A stretch of 64,000 nucleotides of DNA, taken from Octopus vulgaris. Taxonomy: Eukaryota. Below the pieces are notes generated by a model that was not told the DNA's origin, made no database searches, and was given only the letters and a program-made list of their open reading frames with translations. Both the position numbers and the translations under genes were made by a program. The first letter of the stretch is position 1. Each line of letters opens with the position of its first letter. Location: assembly GCA_951406725.2 (NCBI GenBank), contig OX597822.1:116312001-116376000 (forward strand). The letters are read 5' to 3'. This document shows positions 50,580 through 63,963 of the stretch, one piece after another.

Positions 50580-51500
50580 CCCTTTCTTGACCACACAGCG
50601 ATGATCATAGCAAGCAAGCTAAGAATTCTCATTTCATTTCTTCCAACTCTTGTACTACACACATACATTTGCCGCTAACCCTTAAATGTTCGAATCTATT
50701 CACTAATTCTGCTTGTTCTTAAAATATAACCCTTTAATTTGTTTAACCCCTCGGTACCAAGTTAATTTGTTCGTTACTCTGTTCATTTCTTCAAACCCCG
50801 ATTGTTTTAAGTCTACTGTCCCCAATCAAAATCTCGCAGCCCGCCATTCGTTCGCGGTTCGCCCACTTAACCGGTTATCTTATGTTCCTCCTGTTTTGAA
50901 ATGTGTCACTGCCTCAACCGGCTATCTCCTTCCAGCCCCCTCCCCCACTCATGATATCCTACGTTTTACTTCCTACTTTTCTTTCTGTCTAGAACCTGCC
51001 ACCAACCCTACCTGTCATCGTTTCTCTTTACCCCAAACCTTCCCCACTGGTGCTCCCCTATATTACATGCACCCCCCACTCTCTCTCCCTCTCTCCTCTC
51101 TGCCGGAACCCTCCCCCTGCCGCAATGCAACGAAAAAAGGCAATAACCGATCGTGCCGATGCCAGACCCCTCTGGCACCTGTGCAGGTGGCACGTAAAAA
51201 GCACCCACTACACTCACGGAGTGGTTGGCGTTAGGAAGGGCATCCAGCTGTAGAAACAATGCCAGATCAGACTGGAGCCTGGGGCAGTCCCTGCTCCCCA
51301 GACCCCGGTCAAACCGTCCAACCCGTGCTAGCGCGGAAAACGGACGTTAAACGATGATGATGATGATGATGATGATATACATATATACGACAGGCTTCTT
51401 TCAGTTTCCATCTACCAAATCCACTCACAAGGCTTTGGTAAACCCAAAGCTATAACAGAAAACACTTGCCCAAGGTGCCATGCAGTGGGATTGAACCCAC
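49470..51500. mobile_element. Three SINE A copies (49470-49820 -, 49950-50320 +, 50350-51500 - interrupted) with a nested RTE 3'UTR (51150-51376)
   Basis: Similarity to the reference copies. Confidence 0.75.
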
Positions 51501-51880
51501 AATTATAATTAAGGGTATCTAAAAGATACCACCATGCTAGATATAGCAGCCAAAATTTGACTCAAAAATCACATTAAATGTTCATACAGCACCAGGAGAG
51601 AAGGCAAAGAGACAAAATAAACTAGCAAAGAATTATTGGATAATTCCAGATCCTGAATTTCTAGCTTTGCATAAGAAATGCTTTGCTTCATCAGTGGAAT
51701 ATCCACAAGATAGTACATAAATACAAATATATATATACACAAGATACGAATACTTACATATACGCACATATATATGCATGTATGTGTGTATATATGCGTT
51801 TATGTAAGTATTCGTATGGTTTATATATATGTATTTATATTTATGTACTATTTTGTGTGTATTTCCCTGATGAGGCAAAG
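51501..51880 (-). mobile_element. Penelope-like non-coding element with an inverted partial copy
   Basis: HHR at 51638-51704; fold-back 51681-51880 (CTTTGCTTCATCAG.. / ..CTGATGAGGCAAAG); 3' end shared with 28785-28860. Confidence 0.7.
51638..51704 (-). ncRNA. Hammerhead (C3:G8)
   Basis: Minus strand ggauauucca-CUGAUGA-agc-aaa-gcau-uucuu-augc-aaa-gcu-a-GAAA-u-ucagg-AUC-uggaauuaucc; stem I ~10 bp with one bulge. Confidence 0.8.
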
Positions 51881-52416
51881 TACCCTCCCCGTGCTACTGA
51901 CTTGGTCACCTAGATAACGGAAGCTATCGACTACTTCTAGTTTTTCTCCTTGGAATGTGACAGAAGCTGATCTCTGCACATTTTCAGGGTTTATTGCTCC
52001 TGAGCATTTGCCACACACAAAAACTATCTTCCCCAGTTAGCCTTCCTTTGACATTGCTGCACCTCTTATGTGTCCATAGATTACACTGGGTACATCTTAT
52101 GGAGTTTCTACCTACACCTTTTCTACAGATCGAGCAGGGCCATCTACCTGAAGGGATTTGTGGTTTGTCTGCCTTGATACTTATTAAGACTTTGGTTTTA
52201 GCTAGGTTGACTCTAAGGCCCTTCGATTCTAATCCTTGCTTCCACACCTGAAACTTCTCTTCTAGTTCTGATAATGACTCAGCAATTAGAGTACGGTCAT
52301 CAGCATAGAGGAGCTCCCAGGGGCATCCAGTCTTGAATTCCTCTGTTATTGCCTGGAGGACTATGATGAATAAGAGGAGGCTGAGGACTGATCTTTGGTG
52401 GACCCCTACCCCTACC
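51881..52416 (-). mobile_element. RTE LINE RT fragment with a C4HC3 finger
   Basis: VGVHQRSVLSLLLF..WELLYADD..GLRVNLAKTKVL..CSIC..CTQCNLWTHKRC..(frameshift)..CGKC..LEVVDSFRYLGD. Confidence 0.9.
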
Positions 52417-53057
52417 CGACAAACTTACTGTTAATGAAAGTCGGGATGCATGGCATTCAGTTATTCCTTAAATGAAAAATGCATTAAACGCTACAAACTG
52501 TACGCGTAGGACAGACACCAGGACCCTAATTCTTCATCGGTTATCGACCGAAAATACTAATACCTGTTTGATGCCTTTAACAATAAAATTAGGAACTTTG
52601 TATATGTGTAGCGCCTGCAAGATTTGTGTAGAATTAGGGCTTGAGCTAACAGAATAATACAGGGTGGACGAATGAATGTGAAGAAATGTAATTTAAAATG
52701 ATGGACGAAAACAAGAAATGAATAAAGCCTTAGGGCCAAACATGAGAATGGTGGATGAATGCCTGGAAGAAATCCTCAAATGGATAAAGAAACAGAAGCA
52801 GTAAGAGAGGATGTATATATATACACACACAGACACATATGAGAGAAAACATACAAACCACAAAATATAGACACACAAATTCATAGGGGAAAATATCATC
52901 TTTCTTATACACTTATTTCTGTATATACAACCAGTGTTTTGAAAGAAACTTACTAAAATGAGAGAAAAAAATGGATTAGGATTTGTAAGAGCATGGTAGA
53001 GGCATCAGTTCTATTCATATGACCTCATTGATCCATAAACATGGTATCCTATGGTTT

Positions 53058-53179
53058 GAGGTCAGAGGTTTAAGAAGTACTCCTTATACACCTGAGGTTG
53101 AGGTTTAAGAAGTACTCCTTATACACCTGAGGTCAGAGGTTTAAGAAGTACTCCTTATACACCCGAGGTCAGAGGTTTA
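53058..53179. repeat. 36-bp minisatellite, ~3.4 copies
   Basis: GAGGTCAGAGGTTTAAGAAGTACTCCTTATACACCT repeated. Confidence 0.9.
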
Positions 53180-53639
53180 TATCGTGTTTCTTATTTGAAT
53201 GGTTTTCATCAAAACCTCCAACAGAAGTTTTCTCTGTCACTTTGTTTCATGTTTACTTTAACAGAGAATATCAATTTGGACCAAGATGCTGCCAATTTGC
53301 TTTAATTACATTTTATTTATCAATTCCTCTATTCGTGTTTCTTTTTTTTTTTTTTTTTGAAACAGTAAAGTGAGATTGGTATCATTTGCAGCCATTGCTT
53401 TGCGGCACCACTTAATTAACATTAGTCGGGTGGAGTTGGTGCATAGTGTAGTTAGAACAATTTGTAACCGGGAGCGATATCGTAGCAGAAATGTCTATCT
53501 CTCTCATAAATCTAAGTTGATGTGCATAAATGTATAGACAGACAGACAGACAAACTGACAGGGGAAAATAGACAATCAGACGGATGGTGGAGGAGCCAAT
53601 GAGCTGAGAGATCAATAGATAGACAGACTGACAGCCAGA

Positions 53640-53647
53640 GATAAATT

Positions 53648-53680
<33 letters not shown>

Positions 53681-53759
53681 CGGACAGACAGACAGACAGA
53701 TAGATAGATAGATAGATAGATACAGAGAGAGAGACGGACAGACAGACAGATAGATAGGT

Positions 53760-53790
<31 letters not shown>

Positions 53791-53923
53791 CGGACAGACA
53801 GACAGATAGATACATACATACATACATACATACATACATACATACATACATACATACATACATACATACATACATACATACATACATACATACATACATA
53901 CATACATACATACACGCACACAC

Positions 53924-53956
<33 letters not shown>

Positions 53957-54230
53957 CATACATACATACATACATACATACACACATACATACATACATA
54001 CATACATACATACACACACACATACATACATACATACATACATACATACATACATACATACATACATACATGCATGCATACATACATACATACATACATA
54101 CATACATACACACATACATACATACATACACACATACATGCATACATATACACATACATACATACACACATACATGCATACATGCACACATACATACATA
54201 CATACATACATACATACATACACATATGCA
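53640..54230. repeat. (GATA)/(GA)/(CATA)n compound microsatellite
   Basis: Direct reading; source of the MYVC ORFs. Confidence 0.95.
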
Positions 54231-54949
54231 TAAACCAGACAGATAGGCTGTTTGATAGACAGATAGACAGATGTATACACGCATACATAAAAGCGTAATT
54301 GCACATACACATTCCTATACTTCAGTGTGTATACTCATTACCTATGTACAAGTATATCTACACAAACAATAAACATAAATACATGCATTAACTCACATAT
54401 TTACAAATCTCTGGAACTGTCTTGATTCAAGCCTTGTGAATTTGTAACCAACCTGGATTCTGCAAATCTCAAAGGAAAGCATACATATTATGGAGGTTAG
54501 CTTCTGTCCAAGTACAACAAATTCTTTGGAATTTGTAAGTTACTTGGATGTCCCCATGGAAGCCTGAAAAGAGAAGACAATCAGCAGCCACGGCTTTGCT
54601 GGTCAGTTCCTGAATTAGGCAAACTTTGTCTAGAATATCTGTTATGTCCTTCCTGATTTGCAGGTAAGCAGTGCTATCTTTGGAATGGTCTTCTCAGTTC
54701 CTCTCGATGCTACCAAATTTACTCCATAATTTTGGGGAAAAAGCAATCCATCCCAAGAGGTTTAGGTGCAGATTTGCAATTGTATGTTCCATTGCTCTCC
54801 ATTGCCGCAGAACTTTTTTCTGTGAGTTTTCCAAGATGTTCCTGTGTATGAAGTTCATTATAGTAAGTGAAATATGCAGAATTGTGCTTCACTCAAAGAG
54901 AGAATCACTTTGTTGCTTGCAGAAATAAACTTGCTTTTCCCCTGTTTTT

Positions 54950-55204
54950 ACTCCGGTCACTAAGTTTTCAGAGTACCAACTTCCACTGCCAATTTCATCA
55001 CCTAGGAGACAGAAACTATCAACAACTTCTTAATATTTAAATTAATTGGTATTTGAGTATAAAATAGTTAATGTAAATTTATTTTGTAATTATGCTTTAT
55101 AAATTATTATATTGTATTATATTAATAGTTAGAATTAATTTAATAGTTATTGTTAGGTATAATATTTTAGGATATTGAGTTATACAAGTTGAATATTATA
55201 TAAG

Positions 55205-55240
<36 letters not shown>

Positions 55241-56104
55241 CGGGAAGCTTTATGAAAATAAACAAAAGACGAAGGCAGGTTTATGGAAATAAACAAAAGA
55301 CAAAGGCAGGTGGAATACAAACAAACAGTTGTATTAGTATGGCGCTCAGGAAATATAAATAAAACAAGTCTTTAACGTGTCGAGCCTACGCTCTTCAACA
55401 GAAAGATACACAGAGAAAAAACACAGAAAGAAGGAGAGAAAAGAAATATGCGTGCAGAAGCTAACGAATCAACATGGCGATCTGATTTCAGCCAGAAGTC
55501 AAAGATCAAACATGAGACGCAAGAGCGAAATTAGGGGAGATAATAGGGTTGAATGACCTCACTCCAACATAAGAGTGTGTGTGTGTGTGTATGAGAAGAG
55601 TGTGTGTGTGTGTATGAGAGAGTATTAGGTGTATATATATATATATATATATAAGCAGCACTTGAAGGAATTTATATATCAAGTGCAGACTTACAGCCAA
55701 ATACTCTTGTGCATCTCCCTTATATGAGGTCTCCCATCTCTGTCGTCTTACTTGCAATCACACTACATCACTTGTGTATCCATAGTTTGCATTTGGTACC
55801 CTATAAGGAATTACTACCTTACTCCTCTTCTGCATATCAGACATGATCATATCCCAGTTGACTGCAGAGTCCTTTCTCCTTTTCTTTAACTCAAACATTT
55901 GTCTTTGTTGGGTTTACTTTGAGACTGCTCAATTCTACAGTTGTTTCCACATTTGGAATTCCTTTCACACAAGGTAGAGAGAGAGAGAGAGAGAGAGAGA
56001 GACAAGTAGGTTAGGAGTATGTGAGGGGAGGTGTAGTCATAGTAGTAGTAGTAGTGGTGGTGGTGGTTGTGGTTGTGGTGGTGGTGGTGGTGGTGGTGGT
56101 GGTG

Positions 56105-56161
<57 letters not shown>

Positions 56162-56162
56162 A

Positions 56163-56212
<50 letters not shown>

Positions 56213-56520
56213 ATCATAGTAGTAGTAGTAGTAGTAGAAAACAAAGAAACCTGTGGCTGGTGAGCTTCCTAAGTTAGTGTTTCGGATGGTCAAGTCATTA
56301 CAGGACTCCAACAGATTTGCACCATCCTCATTCTTCATACTTCATCAATAAGCTTCATGTATGTCAAAGAAGTGGTCATGGTGTTGTCCAACACTAAATC
56401 TCCTTAGCATGGTTGTGGTCATTCACTACTGAACTGGTCTACAAGATGACCCCCATAGACATGGTCCTTTTCTTCATCTGTCAGTCCTTACTATCTTGTT
56501 GTGTATGATGAGTCTAAACG
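54950..56520 (-). mobile_element. Old, internally deleted RTE LINE remnant
   Basis: APE-like TDEEKD..NEDGANLLESC.DLTIRNT (~56.3-56.5 kb); FQMWKQ..LKVNPTKT and CKLWIHK (~55.8-55.96 kb); EVVDSFCLLGDEI (~55.0 kb). Confidence 0.6.
55369..55406 (-). ncRNA. Degenerate minimal hammerhead in element 55239-55560
   Basis: Minus strand ucuuu-CUGUUGA-a-gagc-guag-gcuc-GACA-c-GUU-aaaga: perfect stems I and II, two core substitutions. Confidence 0.6.
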
Positions 56521-57544
56521 TAATTATAGTTTAATTGTCCTGTCACATACTAAGATAAACTATTTACTTTATCCATTTCTCTGCTACCAATATGCCTACA
56601 TTCCTCAACTCCAGTGGCGTTACCCTTCCAGAATGATTTTTATACATGTTTGCTAAAAAGGATTCTCATAAAAATTTATCTTTACTGAAAAAGGTTACAG
56701 GGTCAAAGTGTACATGAGCATCAAAAGTGTTGGTGATGGTACAGCAGCTGCCTTCTACATCAGAGAGAAGCTTCATCATTTGATAAATTTTGATGATAAG
56801 TGTACCAAACCAAAGAACTTCTACTCATGGCCAAAACACAATGCCAGTCTGATTTTAACCCACACATCTCTAATACCTCTCAAATTTAATGGTAAATCTA
56901 AATAAGTTGTGTAACAGTTGAAAGTATAACCTAAAATGTTCCATCTTTGAAAAAAAAAAAGTCTCTTTACAGAACCGTCTTTGAATCTTGAGCAGACAAA
57001 TCATACTAGTTAAGACTTGTATTTCTCCATGTTGAACTCCTATGAAGAAGTAATTTATACATAACAGCAGGTTTTCTCTGACTCATTTTCTATTAATTCT
57101 GAGGTGCCTCAGGGACTGATAATCACCCACACACTTCCTTTTATATATCAGCAACTTAGTCACTGTTACATCTATCACTGTAACACACAACACTATACAC
57201 AAGACTCAGTTTTGATGTCAAGCTGTACAAATGTAGCAGTTACAATAGATGAAGGAATGCAAAAGAGGAATGTCTATAAAGCTCTTTAGAATGGAACGGC
57301 AGCAGCAGTCAGATATCACAATAGCACAACTGTTAATCTCCTACTTTCTCTTTAATCTCTGAATTTCTTCACAAAACATATTTTTAAAGTTAATTTAATT
57401 TTAAGTTATGTTGTGCATTCTATAACTACACCATTCCTGTTAGAAATGTATATCTTATTTAAACGGAAGTAGCATATTTCCAAAATGGTCTGATACTATT
57501 GCTATTTTGTGGGTGAGGAGATGGACACAAAATGTGGCTCTTAA

Positions 57545-57764
57545 CCCTTTCGTTACTGTATTTATTTTGAGATGCTCTGTGTTTCTTTCAATTACTTTAA
57601 ATATAACAAAGAATTTAGTAAAATAACTTAGTTACCATTCAGCTAGTGTTAGGAACATAAATTGTGACAAAGGTTTGGTGGAAGATTTTAATTCAAAACT
57701 TATGAAAACAAGACATTTGTACTCAGAGCCAGATCCGGTTTCAGCCGGGTTGGTAACGAAAGGG
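57545..57764. mobile_element. piggyBac-type MITE
   Basis: TTAA TSD; TIR CCCTTTCGTTAC/GTAACGAAAGGG; reverse complement of 14983-15204. Confidence 0.9.
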
Positions 57765-58028
57765 TTAATCTGTAACTCTCAATTCTCTGCTACAGTTTTT
57801 ATTGTTTGTAACTCTGCAGAATTGCAAATAATTTTCAAAATGAAAATTTAACAACAAATATTTTTGGGTGGGGGAGGCATCTAAATATCATCTGTTACTG
57901 GAGATAGTTGCTGTTTTGATATTTATTTTCTTCATTGCAATTTGATGGTCTGTTCAGCTACATTTTAAGGAATCTAGTATGGTAATGTCTAACCACTTCG
58001 CATATGACAATAATGATTTCATTATTTC

Positions 58029-58262
58029 AAAGGCGGTGAGCTGGCAGAAACATCAGCACGCGAAATGCGTAGCCGTTTTTCGTTCTGCCGTTACGTTCTG
58101 AGTTCAAATTCCACCGAGGTCGACTTTGCCTTTCATCCTTTCGGGGGGGTCGATAAATTAAGTACCAGTTACGCACTGGGGTCGATGTAATCGACTTAAT
58201 CCGTTTGTCTGTCCTTGCTTGTTCCCTCTGTGTTTAGCCCCTTGTGGGCAATAAAGAAATAG
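58029..58262 (+). mobile_element. SINE B, Tx1-type tail
   Basis: TSD AATAATGATTTCA (58009-58021, 58265-58277). Confidence 0.9.
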
Positions 58263-58799
58263 AAAATAATGATTTCAAACATAAACATGAGGCTACAACG
58301 TGTGAAGAAGGGGAGTAAGCAATCTAGTTTTCCCAGCATTTTACTAATCTTTAGTCTATCAACTGTAGAAAATTAACATAGATGAACGTAACTAAATACT
58401 GTTAATCCATTAAGTCTGATCTGAAGTAATACTGACAACCTACCTTCAGAATGGTTTATGGTTTAGCAGTTAGGGATTAGCCAGTGCCATTGATCTCAAT
58501 GCTTTACTGGGATTGTGGGATTTTATTGACCCTCAAAGAATGAAAGACAAAGTTGACCTGGTCAGGATTTGAACTCAGAACATAAAGAGCTGGAACAAAT
58601 ATCACAAAGCGTTTTGTCAGACACTGCTTTTTCTGCCAATGCACCAGCCTGCACCTACCTTCCTATTAAAGATCAATGACAGGACCTCGATATGGTAATT
58701 TAACCTCTAGAAATAGCAACCAAATCTAACTCAAATCGCATCACACCACATCACACTCAATTGTGTGTGTTGCATGGAGTATTGAATCCCTTCTAACTT

Positions 58800-58858
<59 letters not shown>

Positions 58859-58880
58859 CTATCTATATTATATTATTACA

Positions 58881-59410
58881 TTCTGTCCTTCTATGATAGT
58901 TTAACCTCTCATCAACTGACACAAAGCCACCACCCTCAATCGTTTCTAATCTAGGCACAAGGCTCTAAATTTTGGGAGAGGGGGCCAGTCGATTAGATCG
59001 ACCCCAGTATACAACTAGTACTTAATTTATCGACCCCGAAAGGATGAAAGGCAAAGTCAACCTCGGCGGAATTTGAACTCAGAACGTAAAGGCAGACGAA
59101 ATTCCGCTAAGCATTTCACCCGGCGTGCTAACGTTTCTGCCAGCTCAATGCCATTCCCCCTCTCATTTGAGAGGTCTTTGTCTTGCAAGTTACTTGCTCA
59201 TCTCACTGATGCTGGTGCCACATAAAAAGTACCCTGTACACTCTGTAAAGTGATTGGCTTTTAAGAAGAGCATCCAGTTGTAGAAGCCGTGCCAAGGCTG
59301 ATAGTAGGGCTTGGTGCAATCCCCTGGCTTGCCAGCTCCTGTCAAATTGTGCAACCCATGCTGGCACAGAAGGAGGAGATTAAATAATGATGGTGGCTAA
59401 TGATGCTGAA
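58881..59410 (+). mobile_element. RTE 3'UTR copy with nested SINE B (58942-59143, minus)
   Basis: Aligns with 1711-2035 once the SINE, flanked by CTCAAT, is removed. Confidence 0.8.
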
Positions 59411-59759
59411 AAGGATACACATGTCTACATGTGTGTGTAAGTATACTCATGCATACATGGAGGTGCAGTTACAGCTTTATAGCTAAGCTCACTTAGCAAC
59501 CACATGGTTCCAGGTTCATTCCCACTGCGTGGCATCTTGCAGAAGTGTCTCCTATCATTGCCCTAGATTGACTAATGCTCTGGGAATGAATTTGCTAGAT
59601 GAAAACTGTACGAAGCCTGTCATACGTGTGTACATGTGTGTGCATGTACACACCTGCATCTCTGTGAAAATGTATACGTGCTGTGATCCTGTTGTTATTC
59701 TCTGTTGTCATTTTCCCATCAGCAAAATGTTCTAGCGATGGAAACGTTATTAATACCAA

Positions 59760-60002
59760 AAGGTAAAATTTATATCCAACTTAACATGGATGCCTTGTTA
59801 GAACACCAAATACTGCATTGGTAGCCTTGAGAGACCCTCTCATTCAAGCACTTGGTACATAAAAGCACACACATAGATCAAAGAGGTAACCCTTTATAGC
59901 CAACTTAATATGGATACCTTGTTAGAATACCGAATACTGCATTGGTAACCTTGAGAGATCTTCTCATTTTGGTGCTCGGTGCATAAAAGCACACACATAG
60001 AT
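59760..60002. repeat. ~123-bp tandem duplication
   Basis: CCAACTTAA..CCTTGTTAGAA..ATACTGCATTGGTA..CATAAAAGCACACACATAGAT occurs twice. Confidence 0.85.
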
Positions 60003-61032
60003 TGTAGTAGATGAAATTTGCCTGTGATGGGCCCTTTAATTCCTGTATCCTGTGGTTTCAGTCTACTGGTCCGCCTCAGTGGGAAGCACTGGTCCCTTCA
60101 TGCCAGTCATGCTGCATGAGATCAAACTGGCGTTGAGCTGACTGAAGTTGCCTGTGTGTGGCAGGTTTGGTAGCCTTCAACTAACACTATCTCCTCCGTG
60201 ACCCTGAGGCACAAGTTGACCAAAATCGAGAGTATGATAGAAGAAGGCTTGCTCTTCATTCTGTAGAAGAAAAAATTCAAATCGGACCATGTTAACAGCA
60301 AAAATTATTTACATCAAAAAGGTGCTTTTTTTTTCTATGAAAATCCCTATTTTTTATGATTTTTTGACTGCTTTGTCACCATTTTTCGGTGTCTTTCAAC
60401 CTGAAAAATGTTCACTTAAAGAGAATAACAAGCTACATAATGCAAAATTTTTACTTTTCAAAAATTCCAATTCTAAAGGGTCGAAAAGAAAACAAGCCCG
60501 AGCAACACTGGTGAAAAAATAAAATAAAAGTTGGCAAAATTTCAAAGTCGCTGTCCCCACCTCTTCTTGTGAAAAAAGAGTACTCAAATACCAGCAGTCC
60601 TGGGGTTGATTTGCTCAACTAAAGGTGGTGCTCAAGCATGGCCACAGTCAAATCCCTGAAACCAAGTAAAAGAGTATTTATATAAATCTTTGAAAAATAG
60701 AATAACACAAACTTTTTGGAAGGAAATTTTCATATTGTGTGTGTAAGCGCTTTTGTTGTTAAATTTTTATAGCAAGCACATCATCCAAAAGTTTGCTGGC
60801 TTAAATTAAAGCAAGGACAAGCCGGAAGAAGACAGAGGCTGGTTTAATGTAGGTAGAATCAAGCTATAATGTGGTAACAATTGCATTGGGGTAGAAGTAT
60901 TCATCGAAGACAACAAAAGATGAATTCTGTGAATAGAAGATCATCACGAAACAGACAAGAGACTAAAGACCATTTGTAGAGATGCCGAAACAATATAGAG
61001 TAAAGCTGAGGGAATAAAGAGATAATGAATAT

Positions 61033-61532
<500 letters not shown>

Positions 61533-62039
61533 ATGCAAATGTTTTAGTGTTGCAGGAATTTTATATCCTCTTCCTCCATCTCTTCATCTTCTCACCCTTG
61601 CTCCTCCTCCCCTTCTCCTCCCCTGCTGCTGCTGCTCCTCCTCTTCCCCCATCCTCCCCTAACCCATCCCCTCCCATTCTTCTGTCCCTCTTCCTTCTCT
61701 CCCTCCTCCTCCTCTCCTCCTCTCCTCTTCACAACTCCCCCTCCTCCTCCTAATCTTTTAACATCCATGTCCCACAGTGGCATGTGTTGGATGATTTCAC
61801 AGTGTCTTATGATTCAAAAGACTGCACCATGGTCTCTACTGTCTGCTTGGCATGGTTCTTCTATTGCTGGTTTTGTGAGGTCTGCATGGTGACCTCACTA
61901 GTGCTGGTGCCACATAAAAAAAAAAAAGAAAAGAAAGGAAGAAAAATAAACAAGTTGCCCCCTGGTGCCTGCTTTTGATAAAAACAACCTCATATTTGAT
62001 TATCAAAATTATTTTCTAGAAGTATTTTTTTCATGTCAT

Positions 62040-62452
62040 ATCGGTGGCACGTAGCACCATCCATTCATGGCCATTGCCAACCTCGCCTGGCCCCCGTACC
62101 TGTGGCACGTAAAAGCACCATCTGTTCGTGGCCATTGCTAGCCTCGCCTGGCCCCCATGCCGGTGGCACGTAAAAAGCACTATCTGATTGTGGCTGTTGC
62201 CAGCCTCGCCTGGCCTTCGTGCCGGTGGCACGTAAAAAGCACCATCCGTCCATGGCCGTTTACCAGCTCCGTCTGGCACCTGTGCGGGTGGCACGTAAAA
62301 AGCACCCACTACACTCACGGAGTGGTTGGCGTTAGGAAGGGCATCCAGCTGTAGAAACACTGCCAGATCAGACTGGGCCTGATGCAGCCTTCTGGCTTCA
62401 CAGACCCCAGTTGCACCGTCCAACCCATGCTAGCATGGAAAACGGACGCTAA

Positions 62453-62496
<44 letters not shown>
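62040..62496 (+). mobile_element. RTE 3'UTR with five repeat units
   Basis: GTGGCACGTA at 62044, 62102, 62163, 62225 and 62288; (GAT)n tail. Confidence 0.9.
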
Positions 62497-62819
62497 CAAC
62501 AAAAAAAAAAAAAGAAAAAATTCAGGTATGCATCTGATCTATTCAGATCAGCAGGCTGGAGTTCATTATTATCAGCTCTTGGTGCCATTATCACGATGCT
62601 TTAATTACAAAAGAAGAAGCTCATTTCATAGTAACTGTCACTTATTGATGCCACCAAAGGAGCTGATGTAATCTAATCTCCACAGCAAAGTGTTTATCCA
62701 AATAAAGCCATAGATACCTGTGGCCGACTCCCTCTGGTAGCCATGTTTTCAACTAACTCCCCACCTCTCAAACAAAGAACCAGGAACCATGTTAAGTAGT
62801 CATACTCTCTCTCTCTCTC

Positions 62820-63365
62820 TCTTTTACTCTTTCATTGTGGCCATGCTGGAGCACCACCTTTAGTCGAGCAAATCGCCCCCAGATCTTATTCTTTGTAAGC
62901 CTAGTACTTATTCTATTGGTCTCTTTTGCCAAACCGCTAAGTTACAGGGACGTAAACACACCAGCATCGGTTGGCAAGCGATGTTGGGGGGGGGGAACAA
63001 ACACACACACACAAACATATACACACACACACACATCATCATCATCATCATCATTGTTTAGCGTCCGTTTTCCATGCTAGCATGGGTTGGACGGGTCAAC
63101 TGGGGTCTGTGAAGCTGGAAGGCTTCGTCAGGCCCAGTCAGATCTGGCAGTGTTTCTACGGCTGGATGCCCTTCCTAACGCCAACCACTCCGCGAGTGTA
63201 GTGGGTGTTTATTACGTGCCACCTGCACAGGTGCCAGACAGTGCTGGCGAACGGCCACGAACGGATGGTGCTTTTACGTGTCACCGGCACGGGGCCAGGC
63301 GATGCTGGCAACGGACATGAACGGATGGTGCTTTTACGTGCCACCGACACAGGGCCAGACAGAGC

Positions 63366-63418
<53 letters not shown>

Positions 63419-63595
63419 GTATATATACATATATACGACGGGCTTCTTTCAGTTTCTGTCTACCAAATCCACTCACAAGGTTTTGGTCGGCCTGAGGCTA
63501 TAGTAGAAGACACTTGCCCAAGGTGCCATGCAGTGGAACTGGACCCGGAACCATGTGGTTGGTAAGCAAGCTACTTACCACACAGCCACTCCTAC
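62820..63595 (-). mobile_element. SINE A interrupted by an RTE 3'UTR (63036-63360, minus)
   Basis: SINE tail at 62820-63035 and head at 63435-63595. Confidence 0.85.
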
Positions 63596-63604
63596 ACCTA
63601 TATA

Positions 63605-63963
63605 TATTCCTCATCTGGATGGGACGCTGGTCCATCATAGGATTACTCATTTTGCCAGCAGAGTGGACTGGAGCAATGTGAAATGAAGTGTCTTGCTCAA
63701 GAACACTACACATCACCTTCTCCAGGAATCAAACCCACAATCTTACGATCATGTGTCCAACACTTCCTGGCTTTTGGTAAAAGAAAATACAGGAGGATCA
63801 GTTAATTATGATTTTATCCAACATATTCCTCTTTCAGATTCACACACTTATTGCAGTGGTCCTTCAGTTTTCAAAGCCCAGTAAAGAAACTCAAATGGTT
63901 GGGCTTCCAACCAGACCTTTCATGATATCCCTAAAGCCAGGAACTTTCCAGCACCCTCTTGTA
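63605..63963. mobile_element. SINE D fragment (-) abutting a mariner-type MITE
   Basis: Similarity to 11750-11985 and to 39002-39221. Confidence 0.7.

Noticed and set aside
52480-52545. CCGATGA core-like sequence on minus
   Set aside because: No GAAA strand or closing stem I found; at best a deleted remnant.
53058-53179. 36-bp repeats of CRISPR-like length
   Set aside because: Head-to-tail with no spacers; an ordinary minisatellite.
54570-54930. Possible Tc1/mariner-type transposase remnant on minus
   Set aside because: Only weak motif echoes and no TIRs; too degraded to call.
62040-62310. CRISPR-like repeat/spacer appearance
   Set aside because: The spacers are homologous to each other, the array is part of a LINE 3'UTR, the context is eukaryotic and no cas genes are present.
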